From Phoronis australis (taxonomy: Eukaryota > Animalia > Phoronida), in NCBI GenBank assembly GCA_002633005.1, contig NMRA01000882.1:46564-110563 (forward strand): a DNA stretch of 64,000 bases, read 5' to 3'. A program made the translations under genes and the position numbers. A model generated the notes under the pieces. The model searched no databases. It was not told the origin of the DNA and worked only from the letters and a program-made list of their open reading frames with translations. Below are positions 41,957-54,972 of the stretch, one piece after another. How positions within the stretch are numbered: the first letter of the stretch is position 1; each line of letters begins with the position of its first letter.

Positions 41957-43120
41957 ATAATGAGATTTATGGCACTTTGCTGGGGCTGATCCAGGATTTT
42001 GGGTTAGGGGGGACCAGGGCAAAGGAATAACCAGAATTTCGGCAGATGCCCGCGCATTGCGAACCTTTTGACTGAAAAAAAACGGTAAACGGTATTTTTT
42101 CAGGGCCTATGGACCCCGGAGTCACCCTGGTTGAGCTCATGTGCTAGTCAGCATTTCGCTTCCCGAACCGCCAAATGATACCTGTATCTGGTAGAATTTT
42201 AGGAGGGCATGGGCCTCTTGCCCCCCTAAGTCCGCCACTTCTCCGACACAGATCCTATTACATGTCACTATTCTACAGCCTTCAAGCTTCATATTCATCT
42301 CCTAGTTAGTCTCTATCTAGTCCGATGGTTGCGCTGGTTGTTCTTTCTCCCTACCATCCGGCTGGCCCAGCCTCAAGCAACAGTATATTCACTCGTAACT
42401 TTTTCCCATTTTAACAATTTTATACCTCTCCCACCCTGTCTACCCCGGCTTAAACAGAATCTCATCCAATTCAACAGCTTTAATATCAATCTCACCCTTC
42501 CTACCCTGTGTTACAGGCACTGCTGGTAGGCCTACCTCCTTCAAGCCCGGATTGTGTTGCCGTCAAGCAAGAAAAGACTTCATTGGTAAACGACCAGAAC
42601 TGCACTATGGATTGCCTCTCTCCACCCCGCTCACTGCTCTCAGCAGGAACTGAGCCACAACACCACTTTCCTTAATATCTCTTTTTATCACTCCGGCTGG
42701 TCTGCTCACTCAGCTCGTCCGGAACCTGCTTCGCCAGGTTGTTGTAGCCCAGTTGGCTGTTTGTGTACCCACAGAGTACAATATACTTTATATGATACTT
42801 TCCCATTTGGCAGTTTGTACCCATTTGATACTTATTTTTATTGAATTTTCGGTTTTGCTCCACCGGCTTGGTAGGAAATCGGCCACTACCCATTTGGTAT
42901 TATATACACGTTTGGTACTTTACTAACCTGTGCCACTTAGTGTCCGGTACTCAATTACACATTGGGTATCGTAAATGTGTGTGTTATCTCTTGTAGACTA
43001 ATTAAAGTAACGATCTGGTATCTTCTGTGAAATAATTATCTGTAGAGCTGTGACCCTGAAATTCCTAATACAACCTTTAATATGTATTAGTCTTGTGTTG
43101 TTTGATTGGTCCTCAATAAT
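41957..43120. mobile_element. Unclassified interspersed repeat, copy 2 (interrupted by a MITE)
   Basis: 42676-43120 aligns with 40298-40725, and the left end matches 39611 onward. Confidence 0.75.
41980..42240. mobile_element. hAT5-like MITE nested in repeat copy 2
   Basis: Reverse-complement homolog of 17375-17648. Flanks ctttg/ctccg correspond to a single ctctg in the uninterrupted copy at ~39629. Confidence 0.75.
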
Positions 43121-46100
43121 CGTCCTCAGGTTTTTCAAATCCTCAAATGTCCTATTTTCTATATGTTCTGATTGATAGAGTGATTGTTGTTTTCTCTTGA
43201 CCTACTTTTTGCCATGTCATTACTTTTCTGAAAAATTAAGTGCTTGAAAATGGGAAGTTGAAATTTAGAAGGAAACACAACTGTTTAATGTTGTTGCAGG
43301 GACAATGATAAGTGACTCAAAAACCGAGTGCCTTATAAAGAATGTGATTCTTAGCTCCCTCTGTTGGCTGGTGCAGACATTTTTCAGGAGTCCTGAGATT
43401 AAAACCATGAGCATAATGGCGTATGTAAAGAGCTTAAACTCAAACACAAAACAATCACGACAATAGTGATAGCAAAAGTAATACTTATAGTGAGAAATTA
43501 CCATAAATGATCATAAGTCGATTTGTGCTGAAACAAAATCCAAAGCAGTCACTGTCTCATATTTCTATTTAGTCACTGTTGTGGAGATACTTAGCATGTA
43601 AAAAGGCATTGCGACATGATTAAACACATAGACATTTGAAAATCAAGGATAATTTCGACACACGTGTCGGATAATGCCAAAAATGGCGCATTTTTCAGAG
43701 ATTGTATGTGTTACAACAGTTTTGCAGGCCCAAGGACATTCAAATGACAAAACTGTTCAGGTAGGCTGTTGATAATCTCTCGGTAAGATATCCGCTTTCT
43801 GTGGTTTCTCCTCCGCGGAGTTCCCAAATGGCAGGCGTAGCGTACAGGGTTGGTGCCTAAATGCAAGTATATCACGTGAATAGCTAGTGTCAGTGACAAT
43901 GTGATTCGCTTCAACTGAATGGCGATATCTCGCAAAGATTTGTCCTTGCCTTTTCACGAGTGCATTGCATTTACACCACAGATTCCCGAGCTGACACTGC
44001 TTGCGCGACCCGTATTCGTTGTACCGAGAAAGTGGAGGTTTCTATTTGTCCAGGTGCAGAAAGTCTAGTCTCATTGAGTTTTCACCACATGGCAACGTCT
44101 ATTGGAGGGGACATCAGCCAGGGTCGTCGATGAAAGAGAAGATGAATCAGGCACTTAGGATGTAACAATCGCAACCGTCTTTACCATGTAGATAAGGTGT
44201 GAGAATGGAACGTTCGAAAGAGAAGAGCGTCCAAAAGATCTGCCGAGCAACAGTTTTACCACCAGTGACGTCAGTGAAGTTCGAAATTTATGTCCCTGCA
44301 AAAAGACAAATGTGAAAACCATATGAAAACTCAAAGTTCTTCTCTGAGATACTGGCTTGAATAAACCTTTGATGCGCGTGACATAGCATGCTTTCCAGGT
44401 CGTGCGATGGTCATAACCTTCAATATCATCGCACGCCACGGCCGCTGTCTCCATAGTCTTGTGAATATTTTTAGGGGAGTTATGCAAACATCTAAACAAA
44501 TACAAAAATGACTAACTAAGCAAGAATCAACAAGTAGATTATAACCATCCCCATCAAATAAAACTGGGATTTCGTGGGTTCACTCAATATCCAGCTGCAT
44601 GTGGGACAGTGTCAAAGTTATGAAGCATGCAGTCAGGTGAACCACTTTATCTGCAGATCAACACCTCATTTCATGACTTGTATTACGAATAGCGAGCGAG
44701 GCTGTGATCATGCTGTCTTTATCATAACCTAGATCTCTGACCTTTGACAAGTACAATGCCTTAACAAGATTGCCATGGAGACGTTGTGTATGCTATAAAT
44801 TAATTTAAAAATATGTTTTATATTTTTAGTATAGTTCCTTAATACAAACGATGTTCTTGGACCAGAACGAGGATATTCCGCTCTCACCGAACTGTTATGT
44901 AAAAACAAAATGATATGTAATGTCCTAAAACTTTCAGATTGTAAACAAACAGTTTGGTCAAAGGTGAGTTTAACAATGAATATTTTGGTATTACAATGTC
45001 CTGTCGGATGAAGGCTTAAGACAAAATACACAAAGTATTAATTACAATACAGTAATTTTCACACTTGACATTTGATCACGGTTATTGCCCGATCAAATGG
45101 GCTTTAAATACATGTATGTGTAAGAAATGTATAATGAATAATTACAATATTGAACATATCACGAAAGAGAAACACACTTTTGAAAAATACGACTTTGGCC
45201 AGAATTTGAAAAATACATCATGGGTCTGAAAGTTTAAAATTACGAATTTTTTACGTGTTAGTTGTTTCATCAGTTCATTTTCTAATATTGTGTAATTGGT
45301 TTCGTATTTTAGTCGTGTGAATAACTTGATCGCCCGTTCTAGAACATTGATGAGCGTGGGGTTTAATATTAGTAACGGGAAGATTTTCGATAAGTCCTAT
45401 GTGACGTTGAAAATTGCATTTTTCAGTAGTGCCAAATGATGGCTCTGTATGACCTTATTGGTAAGTCCGGCCAGTCCACTCAGCAAATTATCTACAGAAC
45501 TATAACATATTTTAAGCAAGTAAAAGCATTCATTAATGAAAGTAAAAAAGTCTACCGAATTTGATTTTTATACATATGTGCCATTGACTGGGTCCCGTGA
45601 CCATGCCTTTCATCGCAATTTAACAAACTATATACCGTACATCCATAGCAAAGCAACGACATTAAAATTCCAACAAGTTCCAGCGTTTACGGTGAAATCT
45701 GAAAAGAAAGTTGTTACTGTTTGCTGTCTTATTATTGTTTAGTTTTCGTTGATGCAGATTTCTGTAAAATCTCAAAAAAATCATAACCCTGCGGTACATC
45801 TGGACTACTTTAGACTGAACAACTCCGATCACCGAGTATAATGTTGGTTTCCCAACGTTGATTAGTGAGAAAGTATTTTTCAAAGTATTCCAAATTGTGG
45901 CATTTTCCTTAAGTATGTTATGGCTCTAAAGTCTAAGAAATTTAGTGGCCCTCGACCTGCCCTCCACAGTCACTCCAATTGTCAACCTGCCACGATCGTC
46001 GCAATCCGCAACCGGTCGCACAGTTGGCCCCCAACCGCACCTAAGAGTTTGATTACAACGTTACCACATCAGTTGTCCATATCCTGCAGTGTTCAGCACC

Positions 46101-47689
46101 TCGCTGGTTCCCTGCGTGTCCTGTCGCCAAAAAGGAACACACAGGTAAAATTTAATTTTTCTCAAGAATTTTTTATACACCTGCTTTTTGATTGGATGGT
46201 CAAATTGTCAACATGTAGCACGTCACGTAAACAAACTGGAATGACTGATGGAGGAAGTGTAAACATGGTTTGAAACAAATCAATGCCGGCTTGATCAAGT
46301 TTAGATTCGGGAAAACATATCGTCCTGTGGGCCAGCGCCGTCGGTGTCATTCTACTGAAACTACAGTATGCCTGGTTTATTTGCGGTTATAAAATAGGCA
46401 GGGATTGAATCTTACATAGACTCCAGGAAAGGCTTAATATCGTAGTCCGCCTGCATCGAACAGTCTTCCCTACAGAAAGAAGTATTCATTGAGGGGCACA
46501 CCCACCAAATGATTCTTTTTATTGTATATTCACCTTCCAAAGCACGCTTATTGTAAATAGAACAAATGTGTGCTTTGGATCAAGCAAACACAGTTTGACT
46601 CTCTATATATGACATCAACACGACTACATGCATTGGTGTCAGTGGCTTAATGAACCGATCGTATTTTGAGTATTTTGTCAAAGCGATCAATTCCTAAATG
46701 CCCCAAACCCAGTCGTAATAAGTCGACGCAAGTCACATTTGCACAATGCCTCTCCCGCTAGAGGTCGTGAGGTCCGCACATAATGTGTAAACTGCATGGT
46801 GCTTAATAAAGTTAGCTTGATACACTTACTAGGAAACTGCTTTTCAAAAATGCGGCATTATTCGCAGCGACACATATTGCCGAAGGCTGCAGGTATCACT
46901 TTCATCAGAACTAAGAGGTCGTCATTTACATGAAACATCTCCGTATCGTATGCTGTACTTTTGAAATGTCAAAAGTAAACAACATCACAAGAAGCATTCA
47001 AATGAGACTAAAAGACAGAGTACTCTCGCACACTCAGCCAACTATCTCTGGTGTACGGCAATGAAAGATAGAGTGAACACAAACCCCCTTTCACTCAGGT
47101 CATGGTACTGGATCCATGTAGTAGACCCTATTTATTTAATTACACGTACATTGTGTACACGTAGTAGACCCTATTTATTGTTACGAATTTATAACAGACG
47201 ATGTCAGTATTGCCCCACAAATAGACATTGAATTTGAAGTAAGGGCGTCACTGAAGTTGTGTCAATGTTATTGTTCAATTCACTTCAAGCATACGAGTAG
47301 GAGTCCACGAGAACACACATGAAAACCTCCAGCTGGTGCTGTTTCAACGTAATCAAAATGAAAAGAACCACCTTGCTTTTGCACATTTCAAGATAAAGAA
47401 CATGAATGGTTACAATGATGGTGGACCACATTGATCAGTGTTGCCCAAATTAAATTCAACAATCCTGAACTAGTCGTTGGTTTCAGAAGAGACTGATTTG
47501 GTTTATATAAGAAGTGTTATGTAAATTTGAATTGTCAACCGTTCTTCGGCGAGTTTTTTTATACGCATGTTTTTTAAGCTATAGAATTTTGTTAGGGGTA
47601 CTCGGTATTGAACTGTTGCTCGATTGAGCCATTTCCTGTATTGATTTTTTTACTGTATACAGAGCTGGAAAACCCTGAAATAACAATGT

Positions 47690-50600
47690 AGGACCCTGAG
47701 TCTCTCGAGTCTTCTTGAAAGTTTTGNATATATTGAAGCAGGTAGGCACTCGAACACAGATGTGAGAAGGACAGAGAGGGCAAGTCTTTAGATCATTTCA
47801 GGTAAGTGATTTTTATGTAAAATTGGTCTGTGGGCTGTGCATAAGTGAAACAAGTTTAAATATGTGTGTCACCTCATCTGCAATTGATTGAAGTTACATT
47901 TTATTTCAATGGATCGAACTACAATGAGCGAGTAATAAAATCTGTGCCCATAACATCAGCACAAACGCAAAAATACGTCGCAGATTAGTGACGTAGAATT
48001 TAAACTCAAAATGCACACTATCATCATCAAGATCGCTACGTAATTTTTTAGCTGTTATCGACTGCTACGTATCAACGTCCACATAAATGGGCGAGGTTCT
48101 GGGCATTCAGAATGTTACCCAATTTCATTATGTCAAATGGAAAACAAGGTTCAAAAATCAATGACCACGAATAGATGACATAGCTATACTGGAGGAATCA
48201 GTTCCTAAACAACGTTTTGGCGGTTTCACAAATTCCAGGAATGAAAACCATTTACACCCAGGGTCAAGAATAGTCTCTCGCTCTGAACGATGTGCAAAAG
48301 AATGAACCTTGTTGCATCCATGATGAGTCTATCTAGGCCCTCGACAAGTCTATCCGTCCCATAATATGTCTAGGTGGCCCATGATCAGTCTTTTGAAGCA
48401 ACTAATGGTAGAACGGAAAACACGCAGTCATAAAACATTACTTTATAAAAGATCTATAGACATGCTTAACAGTGGCAGAAGTTATCACATAACAAAAGAT
48501 ATCCGTAGTTTCACACCGCCTTAGTAAGTATTTATTTCTTTGCGTACTTTGATTCCCATAAGCGAGGCTCAAAATTAATTCGGCTTTGAACGTGTACTGA
48601 GCAGTGATTCATTACCATGATTTTTATACCAGTTTGGTGATGGGTAAAATAGTTTAAAAACAAATTACATTATATCAAGACCAGTATGCAACAGTCTATG
48701 TACAAACGAGTCGCAAGTTGACTCAACGACTGTTCGAGTCCTCAGTGGACTCCAAATTTCAAGCCGTCATCTGAGCTCGAGTCTATGGTAGGCTCAGTGC
48801 GATTTGTTGAATACATCACATGTCTAATCGGTGGCTAAATCAATTATGATACTACTGGGGAAACCCATGAGTTCAACAAGCGTTGTAAACACAGACAGTG
48901 TAGCGAGAGTCACATAGAGTCATGTAAAGTAATCAGGTGCACTTTTCTTTCTGGTCAGTTTCATCAGCTCTAGTATTTTCACAGCAAAATTGAGATCTAG
49001 ATTAATTTCAGCAGATCAAGGGTAAATTGGATCAATGCGCAACATTAAAATTACGAATAAACTGTTACTTGGGCATATGGCAGTTGCTTTTAATCAGAGG
49101 TTATGATTTATTAAGATAATTTGATGACGCAACTTAACAAAATCACAAACGTTGATTTAAAAATCATTTGCAGTGGTCACGTAGTTCTCCGGGTAGTGTG
49201 CTTGTGATAAGACTGGTTGCTTCAAAGTGTCTCATACATGTATATGGAGTAAAACCAAGTTTACACGGAAGAATGTTCATGAGCATCAATATTGTCGTGT
49301 CACAACTCGCGAGAATCAGTCTGAATATATCACTTGCGGATATATGTTCATGTATATGGGTGAGACGTAAGATTTCGGGAATACGGCCTAGGCTATTCGT
49401 ACACGTATACGGTACATAAACAAGCCTTATCAAACAGTTTTTGGTCAATTCCCAATGACTTGTCATGACGGGAGTGCCAGCGACAAGTTTGTATTATGTT
49501 CTGCTCATTTCAGTAATACATCAGTGTTCGTCACAGAAACAAAGCAGACTGTCCCTCACCCTTGAGGCAATTGTAATCACCTGTAACTGTGTCATGACGG
49601 CGTTATGTCGTTCAGTAACTTTTCTAGACGTGAGGGGTTCTGAAAGTGCTGGCTCCTTTGTTAACTGCCCAGGACAGTCGTTATCCCGTAAGACAACAAG
49701 CAGGCCGATTATCTCCCATTCTTCAAAGGTTTACTGAAACCTGGCAGATTGGATGGTCATAACTTCTGTTGTAGTTGGGCGATTTTGGCGATTCAAAAAC
49801 TTAACATAAACAACATTTGACAAGAAATTCAGAAACAACTATTGGTTTATGTTCAAATATGTTATAACTTAATTTTCATTTAAGCAGCCCAGCCCAGTCA
49901 GGCTAGATACGACCTGATAGGAGATTAGAGCAATTATAGAACAAAAGAGAGCCGGCCCTCCAACCATAAATGCCAGAATGGCGTTAATCAGTCGTGTAAG
50001 ATATTGGCTACAGGTGTGATCTTCCCAATTTATTGTTAGGCTATAGAATTCGGCACAATGAAGTTAGGAGCAACAGGAAAACGCCGTAATGTTCAAGAAA
50101 AGACAAACTCGTTGGGAGGCTACAAAATCTTCAGTAACAATGTTAACGTCGGGAATTGGAATAATAATAAGAATTACTGAATATATTTTGAGTGTTCAAC
50201 TATCTGATCATTAAATTTGTTGCTCAATTCCACTCTTTAAACTGGGAAATTAGTTTCAAAAAAGAATAATCATGAAACGTGTCATAACCATATACTGACG
50301 GAATCAGTTCCTATAATATAAGTCCTGGAAATAGACACATAAAAAGCTAGTATTTGAAAACCGCTTACCAGATCCCGAACAGTCGCTCACTCTGGTCAGT
50401 ATTCTTAACATTGCTCACAAGATGAATCTACTTGGAGCCAAGGTGAGTATTGCTAGGCCCAGGGTAAGTCTAACTGGCCGGAAGGGGTCTAATTGGCACA
50501 AGGTGAGCCTTTTGAAACATAAAGTGAATGATAATATAATGCGCCAACGCAACCATAATATATGCTGCATCAATGCTCTATATACATTCGAGACAAGGGT

Positions 50601-53340
50601 ACATTATGCCACATAACAAACAATAATAAGTGACATTAGTCTCGAGCTAAGAAAGGACTTGTATTGGTGCGTGATTTGACCTCCACGTGTGAAGCGTGAA
50701 CAATTATATCAGCTTTGAGCTCAGCAATTCTTGATGCGTAAAAATAGTCTAAACAACAAAGTACAATTACAAATTTCAAGTGGAAGACTTTAGCAAACCA
50801 GCTAGTATACAATAGACTAAGTATACAAAGTCGTAAGTTGACTCAACAAGGCTTGAGTCGTCAGTGGACTCTGTATGTACATCCCTAGTCTCCTTCTGAT
50901 CTTGAGCCAAGGTACGAAGGTCAGAGTGTTACTCTGTTGAATCAATACGTCACTAGTGGCTAAACCAATCACAATCCTCGAACCATGCAGCATTCCAATA
51001 ACAAGAGTAAAACACACGCGCGAGTGGCAGATGGTCTTTGAAAGGAACTGGGTGCACTCGTCACTTGTGGACTTATCTGCTCCGGCATTTTTACATTTAA
51101 AACAAGATCTAATTTAATTTAAGCATAAAATTGCCAATAAACTGCTAATTAAGTATTCACACACCTAAGCATGTGATACTAGTTTTTAAGCCTAAGTGAT
51201 AAATTGTTTGACGACAAAATTTAACGAAATCACAAATTTGAATGAATTAATCCTTTGTAGTGACTACGTCAATTTCCTAGTAATTAGTTTGTATCAGATC
51301 TGGTGCAGAATATGGCAGACTCCTAGATTAGTAAACATGACTTTTCAAACACTTCCTATAACAATGTGAATACCACGACGAAGTCTAATTCAAAACTGTT
51401 TAAAAAGATGGGTGATAACTGGAATGTGGTCAGCCATTAGGATGAATTATTTTTTTATTTCATACACATTGCCGGCGTATAGTAAGATAAAATCGATCAG
51501 CGGGTACTAGTTAAACAACATTTACATTGACACAATCGAAGTGATAACAATAGTCACTGAAGGGGGAAATATCCGAATTTGAGCCTCTGTAGACTCCCTC
51601 ACGTATCCTACTGCGTCTCGAGTCTAGCCAGGTTTAACTGGAGTCTTTTTCAAACACGTGACATGTCCCAATACATGTATATAGGTGGAATGAAAGTGCT
51701 CGATGATACATTTGAGGCTGACTACGAAGCCAAGTGCATGTAACAAATCTTGACCATTTCAGGTAAGTGGTTTTTATATAAGGGTGAAATGGTCCTCATC
51801 AAAAGAGTTTTGTGAAATATTGGTTTTTGCCTTACAAAAAAAAATTATTTAATACTTATCAATAGGGTTACACAATCGATTGAAGTTATATTTTATTTTA
51901 CTGGATTAAGAATTAATTAGAAATTTCTTAAATAACATAAACGAAGCAAACGAATGCATCGCAAATGATTGATTTAACATTTTAATTCAAGGCAGATACT
52001 AACATTCAAGAACCCTGCCTAACTTAGAAACTGTAGGAACGTCCACATAAACGCATAACGTTCTGAGCATTAAACTAATGCCCAGCTTCATTACGTCAAC
52101 TGGAAGAGAAGTTTCAAAAATGATTGATCAAGAACGCATAACTATAACTACACTGGCGGAATTAATTCGTAAACAAACGTTTGGCCGTGCACTCGCTAGG
52201 CAAGTATTTGAAGCCACTTTCACTCCTCATCCGCAATAGAGTGTCAGATAACGCGTCCACAGTGAGTCTAGGCAGAGGGTAAACGTAGCTGGCCAAGGAT
52301 GTGTCCAGCTGGGCCTAGATTGAGTCGGTTGAAGCACGAGACTATAAAAAGAGAAATAAATGACAGGCACTCATATAAAATTGCTGTATAAATTTTATAA
52401 AAAGGTCTAAGAAAATGAGAACAGTTGACCTTTAACCAGTGTTGGTTACTCTGATAGACGATTAACGTTCTAGAGAGTGGCGCAAGATACCACGACAGAA
52501 ACATTTCTGTTTCCACAGTTTAAACATGTATTTTTAACTCCCAAATGTGAAGCACTAACAATAATATTTTATCTGAGTTTGATAATGTATAAAATATTAA
52601 ATAACGAAATACAGTTACATGTTTTAAGATGACAAATGTAAAAAGACCAGTACAGTGTATGCAACAGCTTATGTGCAAACGAGCAGAAAGTTGACTAAAC
52701 TATGTTTAAGTCTTTAGTGGACTCTACATCCCTAGTCACCTCCTGAGCTAGACTCTAGTGTAGGCTCAAGGTGCATCTCTCGAAACGTCACGTCACTTAC
52801 ATACTCAGTGGCTAAACCAATCACAATACGCCGACAATCACGTCAGTACTCCCCTCGGTGAGTATAAACCGAAATAGCTTGGAGAGGAGTAGTAAACAGT
52901 TTGTGAAAGGGATCGGAATCAGATGCAGTGTTCACTTCTTGTGAGTTTTGTTCTGTTCTTGCATTTTTATAGATAAAACGAGATTTAGATTAATTTTAGC
53001 GGAGCAGAGGTCAAATAAACCAGTGCACACATTTAACATTGTGAATTAACTGCCACTTCAAATATTCCGAGCCCATGTATATGGGAATGTCTTTTAAGCT
53101 GTGTTTAGTCATACATGTATGATAAAAAGTTCTAGGAAACAATTTAAGGATACCGCTCATCTGAATGAACACTCTTTGCAGTAGTCATGTCATACCGGTG
53201 TATTTCGGGTTATAAGATGGTAATATAGGTAATTGTCCAGGTATCTCATACATACTGTACGATATAAGGTTAAGCTTCCACAGAACGATTGATATACATA
53301 CATGTATGGAAATAAATAACACCGTGTCACAGCTCACAAG
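47690..53340 (+). repeat. Ancient tandem triplication of a ~2-kb unit (A ~47690-49310, B ~50130-51310, C ~51640-53340)
   Basis: Collinear homologous blocks, e.g. aagttgact..a...gtc.t.agtggactc at ~48715, ~50835 and ~52688, and actg.cggaat.a.ttc.ta at ~48188, ~50294 and ~52152. Confidence 0.8.
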
Positions 53341-53439
53341 ACGCATTACCATTGGAACAGTTACATGTACGTATATACAGGTGAGCTTGTGTTTCGAGAA
53401 TAAGGAAATCTCGCAGTCACCCCTTCAGCATTGATATAT

Positions 53440-54570
53440 AAATCAAAGTCGTTTACGTCGAACTGTGTTATTTTCATTAAGCAATGATAAAGAATGAAAT
53501 TAATGATTTTCAAGTTTTTGAGCCCGACCGGAGGACTAATAGGAATGCACGTGATAACTATATCATTCATTAATTTTGATGCCTCAAGGTTTAATTTTCA
53601 TGAGCCTCACATTGAGTCTACCCAGCGTCAAGAGGTGCGTCGACTATGAAGTATACATGAACAAAACATTCAAACTCTCTTGTATTTTGATCACTGTCTC
53701 CAAGAACAAATTTTGGAAGTTCTGGTGTTCTAATTATAATATAGTCCATTCATTGCTGTATTACATGTATTGCCATTATACAAAAGGAATTTAGAGGCAT
53801 ATCACACACTCATAATAATTAGCATGCAACTGAAGATTCGCTGTCAGGCTTCTCCTACCTTCAACTACATTTTTCATCATGCATTAGAAGACTCGTTTAG
53901 AGTCTGGTTAAACTCAAAATTTCAACCCAACAGATGATTTATCAGGGCCGTTATCCAAAATGAGGTTTCAAGATCTGCGACCTCTTTGTTTCACAATGAA
54001 TTCGAAGGTGCTCATCATGAGTCTCATTAAACTAGGTACTTCAACAACATACTTTTAATCAGTGCTCCCTAACAATGTAGCTCCGGCCATCAGCATTCTT
54101 CATTGTTGTTATCTTTTCTTTAAATTATTTTCACTTGCGTCTCAACAGTTTGAGATGTGACACCGTCATGTAGTTGACAAACGTACGTTGGTGTTTTGTG
54201 AAAATAGACTTTACGGAGTCGTTTTGAGTCCACTGTAGAAATACCAATAGCGTGCCAAAATTTACCGGGTCTCAGATATTCCCATGCGTCATCTCATCAG
54301 CAGTGATGAAGAAATCGAAGACGTTTACTTCGAACTGCTTTATTTTCTTTCAGCAACGATCCCTCGATTATATATTTCGTGTTAATAAGGAATGCACGTG
54401 ACATCTATACAATTCATTATATTTGTGGCTTCAAGGTTTAGTTTCACGAGCCTAAGATTGAGTCTACCCAGCGTCAAAAGGAGCGTCGACTATGAATTAA
54501 ACATGCAACAAAACATTCAAGCTCTCTTGTATTTTGATCACTGTCTTCAAGAACAACGTTTGGATGTTCA
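53440..54570 (+). repeat. Local direct duplication of ~270 bp (53440-53725 and 54311-54570)
   Basis: Shared aggaatgcacgtga...attgagtctacccagcgtcaa...tctcttgtattttgatcactgtct. Confidence 0.9.
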
Positions 54571-54571
54571 G

Positions 54572-54972
54572 GGCCCGGTCTCTAATCTTTGTACTCGAAA
54601 CGAACTCGAAACTATTTTTGGCAATTTCTCTGCTCCTTTTGTGCGAACTTAAGATAATTGGTTATCAGACTGTGCTCGAATACATTATAGTTTGTGCATA
54701 GGAGTTTCTAGTTCAAGTTTGCCCTTGAAGACCCTTATATTCGTGCTACAAACTCGAGTAAAAACTCGAAATTTCGAGTTCAAACTCGAACTTATTGCTT
54801 TAAAATTGGGTTTACAAATTGTGAACTAAGGGCAATAAATTATCTACGTAAGTTATTGTGTACTCGAGCATAGAACAATAGAAACTTATCTTGATTTCGC
54901 CCAAAAGTAGAGTAGAAAATGCCAAACCTAATTTCGAGTTCTATTTCGAGTAAAAAGATTGGAGACCGGGCC
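54572..54972. mobile_element. PIF/Harbinger-like MITE (401 bp) with CAG TSD
   Basis: CAG|GGCCCGGTCTC.AATCTTT ... AAAGATTGGAGACCGGGCC|CAG. Imperfect TIRs longer than 100 bp. Confidence 0.85.

Noticed and set aside
44155-44505. Exon-like segment with a faint BRICHOS-like CYV motif
   Set aside because: The motif is too weak, and neighbouring exon candidates do not give a consistent frame.
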